A program made the translations under genes and the position numbers. A DNA stretch of 64,000 nucleotides from the NCBI GenBank assembly GCA_012295275.1, contig CM022669.1, positions 1,488,001-1,552,000 on the forward strand, in the 5' to 3' direction. A model generated the notes under the pieces. The model did no database searches, was not told the origin of the DNA, and worked only from the letters and a program-made list of their open reading frames with translations. This DNA comes from Chrysomallon squamiferum (lineage: Eukaryota; Animalia; Mollusca). The stretch's first letter is position 1; the number at the start of each line of letters is the position of its first letter. Positions 39,811-54,259 of the stretch are shown piece after piece.

Positions 39811-41252
39811 ATAAAAAAATCAATGTTTTGAATACATATATTTAAATCATCTACCCTATCACAAACCTAACTTTAACCCACGATGAAAAATGTATTAAAT
39901 TGCGGTGATTTTTCTTCTTCTTCTTTTTCTTCTTCTTATTATTTATATGTATATTTCTTAACTTCCATCGTGTTTTACAATTTTAGAATTTCTTGAGATC
40001 AGTTTATATTTAAAACATCCCTAACACTAACCAATTCTCTTATACTGAGATTAATTTAAATTTAAAATGACTAATTGATGGATCCAAAAGCAGTTTTAAA
40101 TTTGTTGGTAACTGCAACAGTCTCATTCAGAACCAATTCAACTGAAACACAAAGTTATCAGTTATATGGAGTAATTTGTTTTTAATTTGTTACATCTGAT
40201 TAATGCTGTATTTATAAGTAATCATACACTATTGAAATAAAACATAAAAATAAAACATTTTCTAGAGCGTTAAATACTTAATTATATAGAGATTTGTTTT
40301 ATATTTCTAAATTAAAGTTGTCTTTATAACTGTAAAAATTAATGAAAAAATCTAGAGGAAAAGGTTAAATTTGTACATTTGATTGAAAAATCAAAAACAA
40401 CATTTTGATATGTTTTCTTTTATGAACTGAGAAAAATAAAAACACAGTTGAAATATAAAATAAATGTCTGTCACTAAGACAATGTATTTAATGTTTTGTA
40501 TAAGCAATAAAGAAGTTGGTAATGTTTCATAGTAATATATGAAACCCAAATACAAATTCATTCCTTGCTCTAGGAAACAGAATCAAGTCAATCCTTTGTC
40601 AGTACAAAATGAGCTGTTAAGACTTGACTTATTTTTGTCATTAATTATTAGTGCTGAGTTTTGAAACCATAAAATGAGATTTTAAAATTGGACTTCATTT
40701 GTGTCAGAAACTAAAGTTTCATTAATTAATACATGATTGCAACTATTCTTAGTCATAATAATTATAAGCTTTAGTCAAAGTTGTGTCCCTTTGCTTATAC
40801 AAAAATGTATTCTCAAGGCAGATCAGACAATTAATTCATCTTCACTCATTTCAGTTCCATCATTGATACCAGTATAATCATTCTGTGAAAAAGAGGTGAT
40901 ATGTTCTCCAGTCAATCAAGTACACTCCAGTTGTTTCATTTCTTTGTCACTTGAACTGTTTTCTAAACTTTATCTTTTCCATCTTCTTATTTGTTACAAG
41001 TCATTTTCTTCATTTATCCTGAATAATGCCAGAAACAGTAGCTAGTATTAATAAACATAATTCTAACATCAGCATTAAATACATGATGCAATTATAAAAA
41101 TTACTTGTTTGTCCACTGTTTTGTTATCTGCTTTCCATTCACTTTTATACCTTTTAATGTTGTAAATGAAACAAGTGTTGTATAAAACATCAAAAACATT
41201 TATATGAAAAGAAAGTAGGAAGAAATCAATTCTGTTAAACATGTGTGTGCGT

Positions 41253-41296
<44 letters not shown>

Positions 41297-41389
41297 ACAT
41301 ACATATGTACAGAAATAACTCACTTTCAGATGTTTCTTTAAGGCAGAAAAAAAAAAAAAAAAGAAAAAATTGTAGGTTTTATTAAGACT

Positions 41390-42731
41390 AAATGTAATGA
41401 TAAAGTTTCAGAATTACCATAGGTGTATACACAGAAAAGAAAAGAGTTAAATATACGTCAGAGGATACTATTTGTGATATTCAACCAAATAGCTATACTC
41501 CTAGGATGTTCCATTTTTTGAGACACAGAAGCTTGGCAGAGCCTAAATGTAAAAGAGCTTCAAAACAAAACAAAAAACTCTGCAAAAAGCAAAAATATGA
41601 CCATTTGGTGGAATGTGTTCTACCATTACTCTGACACCATTTCACCTCTAGTTTCTGAGAGGTGTTGCTTGATCTCATAAACCTGCATTTCTACTAGATC
41701 TGTGTCAAGGAAAACTGGTTCATGTTTGTCAAGGATATCTGAAAGAGTAGAATGAGAATTTATTCAAGCAGTGTTGATCAAACACTTAGTTCTGCCGAGT
41801 TAAATACATCTGCTGGTTATATTGCACAAATTAACTGGATCAAAAAGAATCTGTGAGAAGCACAGAAAAGTGATCCATCTTTGAAAGGGGTGTGGTCAAA
41901 AATAGTGCATTAAAAACAATCTTTCAAACCAGAGTGAATGTTTTTTATGTGTACAGTGAGGTGTTGAGGAAGAAAATCATGTTGGATGAAAATGAGAAGT
42001 TTGAATGTTTTCAGTTGCAGTATCTAGAATATACAGACAGGAAATACCAAGTTTAAGTCATGAATGTGTATTTGCGGGTCATTTGGGGTGAATAAAAACA
42101 TATCTGCAGATTGCATCAGACCTTTATTGGCCAGAAATGTATCACAAGACAAAGGTATTTGTCAAAAGTGGTAAGGTGTCTCAGAAAAATGGGAAAACAA
42201 ATCAAGTTATTACCCTGGCACCCCTAAAGTGGACCAATCAGTGGACCTGTTATTTCAAAAGTATTAGTTGATATTGTGGGACAACTGCCTAGAACAAGCC
42301 AGGGTAACCACTCTCTGCTGACAATAATGTGTGTGAATTCTAGGTTCCCAGAGGCAATTCCATTACGTAATTATAGCAGCAAAAGCGCTGATCAAATATT
42401 TCATGAAGACTGATTTACCAGATGAAATTCAGTCTGATCAAGGCTCAAATTTCATGTGAAAATTGTTTCAGCAAGTCATGGTTCTGTTAGGAATACATCT
42501 GGAGACACAAAAGTGAGTTGGTAAAAATAGTAAAGTTGGATATTATGGAAACCATGGTTAACTGAGAGATAATTAGAAGAATCTAGTGTTTGTTATTAAT
42601 CTGACAATGGAACAGTAAAATAAAGAACTCAAACTTTTCAAGTATCATTCAATTTTACACATTTTAATGTTTAACTCTTTTCCTTTCTGTGAATACATCT
42701 CTGGTAATTCTGAAACTTTATCATTACATTT
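41390..42731. repeat. About 65-bp inverted-repeat pair (41390-41454 / 42667-42731) bracketing a Gypsy relic
   Basis: aaatgtaatgataaagtttcagaattaccataggtgtatacacagaaaagaaaagagttaaatat vs the reverse complement of atgtttaactcttttcctttctgtgaatacatctctggtaattctgaaactttatcattacattt. Confidence 0.85.
41857..42497 (+). mobile_element. Ty3/Gypsy LTR-retrotransposon integrase relic
   Basis: EAQKSDPSL, HECVFAGHLG*IKT..LYWPEMY (H2C2 region), DIVGQLPRTSQGNHSLLTIMCVNSRFPEAIPLRN, PDEIQSDQGSNFM*KLFQQVMVLLGI (rve core); stops and frameshifts. Confidence 0.9.
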
Positions 42732-43218
42732 TGTAAGATTGACAAAGTTTCTACAAAATCTCTGAGTCATGTTTGCTGTATTTATCAAGCTCACTCTAGT
42801 GGTTCACACAACAGATCATCAGGCTTCAAACACAGGGAAGTTGCCAGTGTTTGACTGGTTTCACATCTTAAATACTAACCTATCACTTTGTAGTTATGAC
42901 TAGAATTATTTTCATTTCTACTTACTGCATGGTAGCTACAAATGTCATGAACATTTCATGCAGTTTCTTTCTTTTCTTCAGATTTGCCATCTTCAGTCTC
43001 TGTGTGGCTGTTCCCAGTGAATATTTTTCCTTGTAGTGGGACACATTTTCTCTCCATGCACAAAGTGTCTGTAAATGGTGTTCTGTTTCTCTATAGTCCA
43101 ACTTACACATCTAAATCTTTTTCTTTTTCTCATTGGAATTTTTCTTTCCTCCACCTTCATGATTAACACTGCAACACAACAAGAAGTAGATTTGTATGGA
43201 AAAAGAAGAAAGACTTTA

Positions 43219-43279
<61 letters not shown>

Positions 43280-44388
43280 TCCGTGACCACAAGTCACATT
43301 CATTTCAGTCAGTTTTAATAAAGTTGAATTTTTTCTTTTCTGCAATCAAAGCTGCTCTGTGCCTATTACAATGGATAACACATTTCTGTTTGACTCTTTC
43401 TTAAGTGAAATAATGAATAATTTGATAAAATATTTTCATCTCTATTTATTACACGTGGATCAAAATAACACCATGCTTCCATAAAACATAATCCTAGTAT
43501 TTATTCTCAAATCAAATTGCATCAACAGAAAAGAAATTATGATTTCACATGAAATGTTTTTTACTAGGAAATGAGAAACTTTGAGAAAAACAAAAACAAT
43601 TGTTATATTGCTACACACAGCAGAAAGATAGAAATAAATGAATAGCACTGATGAATGTAAATTTCTTTCATATATGTGTGAGTTAGTCTAAACTTATGAA
43701 TACAGTGAGAATTTGAGAACCAAATATATATATATATGACAATGAACATATTTTAACACTAATCCATGGTATTAGTGGCTCAAGTTTTGTTATTTGACTG
43801 AAATAGTAAATGTTATTAAAGCTTGTTCTAAACCAAGGTTAGGATGATTTTTTGCAATAGAAAAACTAAAACAATGGTTAAACAAATGATCATTACAAGC
43901 ATTAACTTTTAAATTTAAAAAAATAAAATAAAATCTGTAACTTAAACCTGTACTTTTTACAAAGAGTATATGAATCATAGTACACAGCAATAACAAGACT
44001 AATGCACTTCTAAACTGTAAACCTTCACTGCTGTAATTTATTATTAATTTTCATTTGTAGGCAAAAACAATAAACAGTTGTTTTTTAAATTAAAAAAAAA
44101 ATAAAAAAAAAAACACAGTATAAAATTTAACTTGTAAGATTGTAAAATACATACAATAATTGTGTTCACTTTAACTATGAACGAATTCTTTATCTCAGTA
44201 TTGGCAGTTTAGCACTGTAACTATGAACATTATCATTTTGTAAAACACACAAAATTACTTGTTTTTTATTTATTGTGATTGTAATTACATAAAAAGCAAC
44301 ACTACAGCAAAAGTACAGTCAAATCATAGAACTTAACTAGCTAATATGCAAAACATTTACAACAACGTCCTGGTTATTAAATCTGGTT

Positions 44389-44592
44389 AAACTGTAAGAA
44401 ACATAAACAAACACAAAGAAAGGGAAACAATTGAAAATTTATAACAATAAATAAATCAGTGTAACTGTAAGAAACATAAACAAACACAAAGAAAGGGAAA
44501 CAATTGAAAATTTATAACAATAAATAAATCAGTGTAACTGTAAGAAACATAAACAAACACAAAGGAAGGAAAACAACTGAAAATTTATAATA
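44389..44592. repeat. 73-bp tandem repeat, about 2.8 copies
   Basis: actgtaagaaacataaac at 44391, 44464 and 44537. Confidence 0.92.
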
Positions 44593-44914
44593 AAAAATGT
44601 AACTGCTTCATTACTCGTTTCTACTGACAGACAAATGTTTATCTCAGTAAAAGAACTGACAGCAGAAATGTGTTTCAAATATGAACATTTCAAATTATTT
44701 ATGACTTATAAATGTAAAAAAAAATATTGAAGTAACTTTTAACTGAATGTAATTGTGTGTGTGCATGCGTGTGTGTGTGAGCAAGTAAAAAACATCAATA
44801 CATCTTTTCAGTTCTTGCTTTAGCAATTTGTCATCTTCAGTTGTCAGCTTCATCTTCTGAACGATGCTGTCAAAACTGTTTTCAGAAAAGTCAAAGCTCT
44901 GTTAAAAACATGAA

Positions 44915-44955
<41 letters not shown>

Positions 44956-45167
44956 TTTTTCTTTATGGACTCTGGTACAACCTTGTCATGACAAAACTGA
45001 GAACTGAGATATGAAACTGGACTGACTCAGCTTCTGTCACTTTAACTCACTCTCTGTCTCTCTCTACAGAGTTTATTTTGTATTTACCTGCTGACAATGT
45101 TAACTAGATTGTTAAGCAGTTCTAACTTATTTTTAAAAGAAAATCATCCCAGCTAAAATGTATCCTG

Positions 45168-45472
45168 AAACAGAAATGTTTAACTCTTTCACTGTTAACA
45201 GTTTTTTGTCAGTAACAGAAATTTTTAACTCTTTCACTGTTAACAGTTTTTTGTCAGTAACAGAAGTTTTTGACTCTTTCACTGTTAACAGCTTTTTGTC
45301 AGTAACAGAAGTTTTTGACTCTTTCACTGTTAACAGCTTTTTGTCAGTAACAGAAATTTTGATTCTTTCACTGTTAACAGTTTTTGTCAGTAACAGAAAT
45401 TTTGATTCTTTCACTGTTAACAGTTTTTTGTCAGTAACAGAAATAGTTTTTCTGTGTAAACTCTTTCACTGT
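45168..45472. repeat. About 45-bp tandem repeat, about 6 copies, containing the palindrome ACTGTTAACAGT
   Basis: Direct periodicity. Confidence 0.92.
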
Positions 45473-45754
45473 TATTAATTTCATATTAGTAATAGATATG
45501 ATGTTTTATTGTATACAGAAAAATATTAGGAAAAGGAAATAGTAAATAAGTTTTTAAGATGTTACTCTTTAAGTAAAATAATTGAGTAAAGAAATATTTT
45601 GAACTGAATTAGAAAATAAAATAAGCAGCAGCCAGACAAAATAAAATAAAAGTAAATAGAAATGAAGTAAAGTTTGGTACAGTGAAGTGAAGTGAATGCA
45701 GGGAAAGTCAAAACTGTCATCACAGAAAAACCATTGAAACATTTCTCACCTGCA

Positions 45755-46250
45755 CATACAAACGCTCTATCACTCACCTGTACATACAAACTCTCTATCA
45801 CTCACACACACATACAACTCTCTATCACTCACACACACATACAACTCTCTATCATTCACACACACATACAACTCTCTATCACTCATACACACATACAAAC
45901 TCTCTATCATTCACACACACATACAACTCTCTATCATTCACACACACATACAACTCTCTATCATTCACACAAATATACAAACTCTCTATCATTCACACAA
46001 ACATACAAACTTTCCATCACTCACATGTACATACAAACTCTATCTCACATGCACATACAAACTTTCTATCACTCACATGTACATACAAACTCTCTATCAT
46101 TCACACAAACATACAAACTCTCTATCATTCACACAAACATACAAACTCTCTATCATTCACACAAACATACAAACTCTCTATCATTCACACAAACATACAA
46201 ACTCTCTATCACTCACATGCACATACAAACTCTATCATTCACACAAACAT
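45755..46250. repeat. About 26-27-bp degenerate tandem repeat (acatacaaactctctatcattcacaca)
   Basis: Direct periodicity. Confidence 0.88.
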
Positions 46251-47471
46251 ATACACAGACAAGGCCTTTATATTAGCTAAGTTTTAATCTCCTGCAGTGT
46301 ATAACAAAATGGATTCTATACAAAACATTTTATAAAAATACTGTAGAAGTTACAACATACCTCTCCTCATCTTTCACCAAAACGCACAGTTTACCTGACA
46401 GCACAAACTGAGTCTTGATATATTCACAAAGGTAAGTGAAATCACAAAGCCTGAAAATTAATGAATGTCAGTGAATATTAATTAGATGTCTTTAAATATG
46501 TTGACATGTATACAAGTTAAGATTTTATTGTGTGTATATGAAACATCCATGGTCAGCTATATTCCTGCTTACAGAATTTAACAAAATGTTTTTGAAGATG
46601 TAAATCTTAGTTTTACCTTTAACAAAGAAATTGAGAGACAGAGATAAATAAACAAAATCACAGAGAAAGATATATGAACAAAATGATACAGATGTAAAGC
46701 AATAAATAATAATAATAACAACAACAACAACAGTAATAACAATAGCAATAAAAGTAAATTAAAAAAAAATATAAAATTGTCATATGGACTTGTTTATATA
46801 GTCAGAGACAGATAGAAAGAGAAAGACAGATGGAAAAACAGACATATTTCATTTATAATAAAAAAAATATCTAACAAATCAGAAAGGTAATAAAAAAATA
46901 AAAAATAAAATATTAATAACCAAACTAAAACAAAATATGTTTTGCATTACTTTGACATGTCGAAGTTGTTGTATATGTTTTGAGTTCTTGGTTTATGAGG
47001 TTTAGTGATTTGTATCTTCAGAATCAGCTTCAGCTTCTGAATGATGCTGTAGAAGTTGTTGCTAAGAAAGGTGAAAGCTGTCTCAAAAATGTGAAACTAG
47101 AAAGAAAGAATAAAAAATATTAACATATTCCCAATGAAGATACACTTGAGAATTCAGATACACACTGAGTCTGATTTACAAACACACTTACATTTTGAAT
47201 TTTTGAAAACTTGATGTTTTCATAATTCAGATAGTCTAAAATTAAACATGATATATCTTTTAACCCATTGACACTTCAAAATTTAATAATCTGAATGTAA
47301 CCAAAACACAGTCTCAACTTCAGCATAGAATATTCTATAGTTTTTATCCCATAAATGTATGTCTGAAAGAGTTAAAAACAGTCCCAATGTAACAGTGTTA
47401 AAGAAAATTATGTTTTCTTTTCAATGAACTTTTCTTTCCTGAAGTAAGAACTGGCATCTAAGTTAAAAAGA

Positions 47472-47795
47472 ACTGAACAATTCTAGAAGTAAATGAGTGT
47501 AATGATGTACTGAGATCACTGACAATACTGAACAATTCTAGAAGTAAATGAGTATAATGGTGTACTGAGATCACTGACAATACTGAACAATTCTAGAAGT
47601 AAATGAGTATAATGATGTACTGAGATCACTGACAATACTGAACAATTCTAGAAGTAAATGAGTGTAATGATGTACTGAGATCACTGAAAATACTGAACAG
47701 TTCTAGAAGTAAATGATTGAAGTTGTGTACTGAGATCACTGAAAATACTGAACAATTCTAGAAGTAAATGAATGTAATGATGTACTGAGATCACT
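47472..47795. repeat. 55-bp tandem repeat, about 6 copies, abutting a minus-strand exon
   Basis: actgaacaattctagaagtaaatg at 47472, 47527, 47582 and onward. Confidence 0.93.
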
Positions 47796-49985
47796 AAGCA
47801 GTGTCTAAAGATACATGGAAAGTCAAAACTGAGGTCACTAAAGACACTGAAGAGGTGGATTAGAGAATCTACTTGAAAGACATAATATGTGACCCATCAC
47901 ATTAAACCATATCTTAAGTTGCATTTTGTTCATTGATTTGTATTTTGATATTTCATTCATTCCTGTGTTACCCTGCTATGTGTTAAATAAATGTGCTGGT
48001 AGTTGATACAATTAGAGGAAAATTCTGTCTCAGCCATCCAGCAAATAACAGTGTTCACAAAAGTGTTCTAACACACCTAGGATCAAAATCTAAAATGTTG
48101 TGTCACTAGTCAGACACTTAAACACTTTTACTGTGTAATTAAAACTGGTTTCCTATGTCAGCTCACACCTATCAGTTTAAGACTACAAGAATCAAACTGT
48201 GAACAGGTTAAGTGAAAATTTAAAAAAATGGTAGAATTTTAGGAAAACATTAACTACATATAACACATTTTGAAAGGATTGAATTTTAAATTATTGACAA
48301 ACCAGATAACACATTTACTTTGTGAGTCAGACTTTATATTTACATTCTAGACCAATGAAATGTGTTTACACTAAAAAGAGAAACTACTCACCTGTTGTCA
48401 ACACCTGTGAACAGCTGTTTAATTATCATCAGTACACAGAAGTGTGGAAGTAAAAATTACACTGTCCTTGCCAAGAAATGAACACCTCTGAACCTAATAA
48501 TATCAATAATAATAATAATAATAAATGATAATAAACTGTCAGAAAAATAATCTCTAAATTAAATTAGCATTAACATGAAAATGAACACTAAAATGAAAAA
48601 GAAAAGAATAGAAAACAGAATAGCAACAACACCATTAAAAACAACAAAAAACAACAGCTGCATACTGTTAATAGTATAAGAAGAAGAAAGACAAGTTAAC
48701 ATGGACATTGTTTGTATCAAAGTTTATAAAATTTGGACTTAAATGAAAACACTAATGAAAATATATATTAAGAGAAAAATCAGCAAACTAAATAAATTAT
48801 GTTAAATCTTGGTTTCCCTTGACAACAAATATATACTGTCCAACTGAAAATGAACGTTAATAAATGAAAATTTCTTATTGTCTTCAAACAGGCTATTTAG
48901 ATAAAACACAGTAATTATACATCGCAACATAATCACAGCTATGTCATCTTATTCATACTTACAAAATTATAGATTATTTAAAAAATTCACAAAATTAATA
49001 TTAATTTAATTGTTTTTACTTTTCTTATTTTGACTTTAGAAAATAAAAATGTGAACAAGAAAGAAGAAGAAGAAGAAAAAAAGAAAAGAAAAAAAGAAAC
49101 CTTTGATGGATTGTTTCATCTTGTCTGTGTACTTAGCTGTGATTGAAATGTAAACTACTGTAACATCAGACCAAACAGAGACCACCTGGAAATGTAACAA
49201 CTCATAAATTAAATAGAAAAAATAAAAAATAAAACTAATTCATCAATTTTGTATTTTTATTATTTTTTCATTATTGTTATTAAATTTAGATAAATAGATG
49301 TTTACATATTTAGCCAGTTGTGTGTCTTGAAATGTCTTGTAGGCATAACATGTTTTGAAAATCAAACATCAGATTTGTCATCTTCAAATTTAATATTAAA
49401 TACATATATAAACAGATTCAGCAATGTCTTTTTTCCTCTAAAATTAATTTTTTTGATATTATATAAATTTCTTACACTTTAGATGTGTTTTCTAATTCTA
49501 CTAGTTTATATTCATATTTCTTCCACTACTTTGTAAACAGTCTATGCAACAAAAACTAATTTTTAAGACAGGAACTTATTATTATTTTTATATAAATGTA
49601 AGTATTTATTATACTTAGTCAGTGTATCCCTCCAATGGGACTAGGGTCCCCCACTTCAGGTCACAACTGGAACATCTTGGTTTCATTCCATCTCCAATAC
49701 AAATATTTCTTATCTGTTTAGTATTTGTTGTCCAGGTTCAGTAGTGAAAATTTTATCAGGATGTTTTCTCAAATCAGCTAAAGTCTGAAAACATTAACAA
49801 ATGTATAAATTATAATCCTAATCCTCTACACACAAACATAGTTATACACACCCACCCAAACACTGATATGCTCCACACACACATCTACCCATCCACAGAA
49901 ACACACACACACACTTAAACAAATTGTTATCAAGATAATTTTTTTAAGTCAGTGATAAAATACCAGTAAACATAACAGAATCAGT

Positions 49986-49987
<2 letters not shown>

Positions 49988-50057
<70 letters not shown>
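49988..50057. repeat. (GT)n microsatellite
   Basis: Direct reading. Confidence 0.95.
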
Positions 50058-50059
<2 letters not shown>

Positions 50060-50859
50060 CAATTTAACATTTTCTTATCAAATAAATGTTAACTATTGCG
50101 TTCACACCAAACATGTTGGAGAACTTACATGTTTAACTGAAAAAAGAAAGTTTAGAAGGACATGAAACTTTATCAGCAAATGACTCAATAAAAAACAAAT
50201 CTTTGGTAGATCTAAAAATACTTGATGTGATGTTTTAATGACTGGTGACTTCTCATATTGTGATAGCCAACTTTGGACATTATAAAACAATGGCACTAAA
50301 ACAAGTAATAATTAAATTAACTGAAGAGCACTGGTGACTAATATATTTCTTATGCCACAAATAAATAAATAAATATATAAATAAGGAAACAGGTAAGTAA
50401 CTATACAAAATGAATAAAAGATAGTACATTTACATATACATATTGAAATGAATGGCTTGTACATATGCAAACTCACACACACACACACACTCTCTCTCTC
50501 TATATATATATTTAATATTCAGTTTAATTGTTCAAAGTTAATTTATTAATTACTTATTTATCAATATTATTAAAGTATTTATACTAATGTGATAGCATTT
50601 GTTTAGTAACATTATGTGACAACTGCTTACATATTAAAAATGATTAATTTTAAATTTTCTCACTCTTGGTTTTACACCAATCTGAGATCTCTTCTCCCAG
50701 TCTGCGACTGCTTCTGTCAGTTCTACAGAGTAATAATGTTCTGAAATCATAAAAGTTAATTATAATTATAATTTTACCTGAGTAGGATCCAACATTATCC
50801 ATGTTTTTTTTACCTTGCATATCAACACTCTTAAACAAACACACAACTCACATGTACAC

Positions 50860-50990
<131 letters not shown>

Positions 50991-51452
50991 AATATTAATC
51001 TGAAAAACATAATAGTAAAGATAAACTTACAATAGTTTATGCTGGTACAGAACTTTGTCCAGTCTGAGTTGATTTCAGAATCCTGGTCTCAGAAATAAAA
51101 GATGTTAAACTAGGATGAAATAGCAGAGTTCTGCTATAGAGGCTGTAAATAAATTACAATAAAAATGAATATTTAATAATATCTCTGTACTTGTTTAATA
51201 TTACTGGTTATCATGATTTATATATGATGAATGATTACAATTACAGACAACCGTTAATATCATGTTAACATTTTTTGAATATTAATATTTCTTAAGTATA
51301 AAACTAAATTTATGAATAGAAATTGTACAAAAGAGAAATTCCTCTATGACAGTTCTTCACTGGCAATTCAATCTTTTATATGCAACTTCAGAAAACAGGA
51401 ATGAACATAGGATATAATAATTATTCAAATAATATAAATGATGATGATGATG

Positions 51453-51530
<78 letters not shown>

Positions 51531-52379
51531 GATGAACAAGAAGATGAAGAAAAACAACAATATTAATAATAAGCTGAATAAAAATTCTTGTGATTCTTTT
51601 GTCTCCAGTAAGTTTTCAACACTGACCTGAATCCTACAACAATTTAGTTTATAATAATAAATACAGTGAAAACAACAAGAACAACATTAAAGTAAGCTGA
51701 ATAAAAATTCATGTGATTTATATATGTTATGTAAAAGGTGGAAGAACTGATTTCAGTTAAGACAGTGTTATAAAACATTATTATGCTTGCAAGACATCTC
51801 AAAATACATAATAATACCAGAAATAAAGATGACTTTTGAAAACTAAAATAAATAATTCATTAGTAACAATATATCCCTTTTAAATAAAAAATCTATCATG
51901 AAAATTTTAAAATGTTAGTGAGTGCATGATTTTGCTTTCAGAAATCAAAATTAATAAATAATGGGTAGATGTATTTGTGTATATGTGTATGTATGTGTAT
52001 ATTTACATACATGTTTATGATTTTTATATATTCTCATGTGTAGGTAGGTACATTTGAAAGTGTATATTGTTGTGTACATGTCTATACTTTTGTGAAAATG
52101 TATGTTATTCATGTATGTATGAATGTATGAACACATGTATGTACATAATTATGTGTATGTGAGTTAACTAACCCTGCCGGTTTGGAGTGATGACCAACAA
52201 AACAGCAATATTTGATATAAATCCGATTAAATAAACAGAGACATTTTAAAATAAATGTGTTTACACACATTAATAATGGCTGCATATAGTGACATACGTT
52301 ATTATAGAAGTGTCCTGTATTTGATCACAATAGTATCAAGCATGATGTATACGGTTGTAATGACCTCAGCACAGCATTA

Positions 52380-52850
52380 TAACTCCGTCCCCAAATGGGA
52401 GGTAACTCTATCATTGCTCTGTTAGACAAGCTTAAAACAATGGCGGCCGAATCACTTACGCAGTCTGCAGGTGAATGTCTCTCTGGATTATTTAACAGAT
52501 ATCACTATATCGTTGAAAAGTTGTGAGCTGGGTTTTTCTGCGACGGACACACCCGCTGACCTGTCAGAAAGCGTGCCTGTCGTAGACGTGCTTCACAACA
52601 GCTAGCTCTGATTAGCACGTTAATTTTCTTCATTCATTCATTCAGCTGGGTTTCAGGTACTTCAGTGAAGATTACAGTTTACATTGTTAACATGTTTTGG
52701 AATGGTGACGGCACCATTTTTATGTCAGTTAAATCGGACCGGTCCTTGAAAGAAAAGTGAAAAATCTCATGCCACATTGCCAGTCATGGGATCCACGTGG
52801 ATATGAGCCCGATGGTGATATTTGTGTTCGTTCTTCTTGTCAGGCAGGGT
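52380..52850. promoter_or_regulatory. Putative bidirectional promoter / first-exon island
   Basis: Locally GC- and CpG-richer; strong GTAAGT donors point outward on both strands (minus 52454-52459, plus 52849-52854); YY1-like ACAATGGCGGC at about 52437-52447. Confidence 0.55.
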
Positions 52851-53800
52851 AAGTAAAAACATAATTATTTATTTTATTTACATTGTGGAGTTTTCAAAAG
52901 TGCATCTAGACATTTCTAATTAAGTGCCTGGCGAGCTTTTACAACCAAAAAGTTTGATGATAAAAATTGGATAAGACGTATGGACATTAATTTACTGTCT
53001 GTTACTGTTAGTGTTACGCAACTATTCCATAAAGGCTTATAAAACTACAAGTCTGAATTATTCATTGATCACGTCTGGAATAATTTAAAAAAAAGATACC
53101 ATCAAGGTAAAAATGGTTTACTGTATTACCTGTAAATATTTAATTGTTTAAATGAAGTGATATAATTATGAAAATTTCTTCTCAGTTTCCCTTCCCTTTT
53201 TTTTTTTTTTTATTTACTGTCACTTTTAATTTATTTACATTTTGTTTTGCTTCTTCTTATTCTTTTTATTAGTACTACAACTTTTTATTATTAATTTGTT
53301 TTATTTATTATTATTATTATCATTGTTTAATCTTTATTATTATTTTTCATATTCTTCTTCATGTCATTACTAGTGGTTATTTATTTTACATGTTGTACAG
53401 GTCAAATTTCTTCATTGGCAGAGATTTTCAGAAAGTATATGGAGAAATGTTCCAAATGAATTTAGAGAACCATTTTATGAAAAATCAGATGTGAGTGAAA
53501 TATTTTATAGTTTTTTTATCTTTCAAGATTTATGTTCTAATTTTTAAAGTTACTATATGCATTGTTCTTTTGTTTTAATTATCTCTAGCGTCTTACTTTT
53601 TATAAACCTTAGAATTATTTCATCAAACACAGAACACTAAATGATCAGAAACTGATCTGTGAAGAGATTTATGTTTCCTGTCATGACAGCTTATTTCTAC
53701 AGTTCAGTTCAGCTAGTTATTTATAGAATAAAATTAAAATATATTATTGCATGACTCTAAAAACAAATTACCTTATTCCTTCATAGTATGTGTTTAATAC

Positions 53801-54259
53801 AAAAGCAAAAATACAATGCTATAGTATATATATGTTGTTAAATAAAACATCAATTCCTTCTTTTTCTCATTAATATATAACATATTAAACTATTATAATC
53901 AATAATAGATGAAAATATATATAGTCAATTATTATTATAGTTATTGTTGTGTTATTATTGCTACTTTTTACTATTATTATTACTATTATTACTATTATTA
54001 CAACTGGTACTACTACTATTATTATTACTATTACTACTACTACTACTGTTACTACCATTATTGTTGTTCTTGTGGTTATTATTGTTGTTAATTTTTACAA
54101 TCATCATGATTATTATCTTTATTATTATTATTATTATCTTTATTATTATTATTATTATTATTATCTTTATTATTATTGTTGCTATTTTGATGATGATGAT
54201 CTGTTACTGTGTTTCATGGTAATCATCTAATCAACAGTCTGGTGTCAAGTGATGTGTAG
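53801..54259 (+). repeat. Intronic segment (about 460 bp) that is the apparent source of the inverted copy at 58601-59068
   Basis: Unique ends match as reverse complements; twin ORFs MKIYIVNYYYSYC at 53909(+) and 58965(-). Confidence 0.93.
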
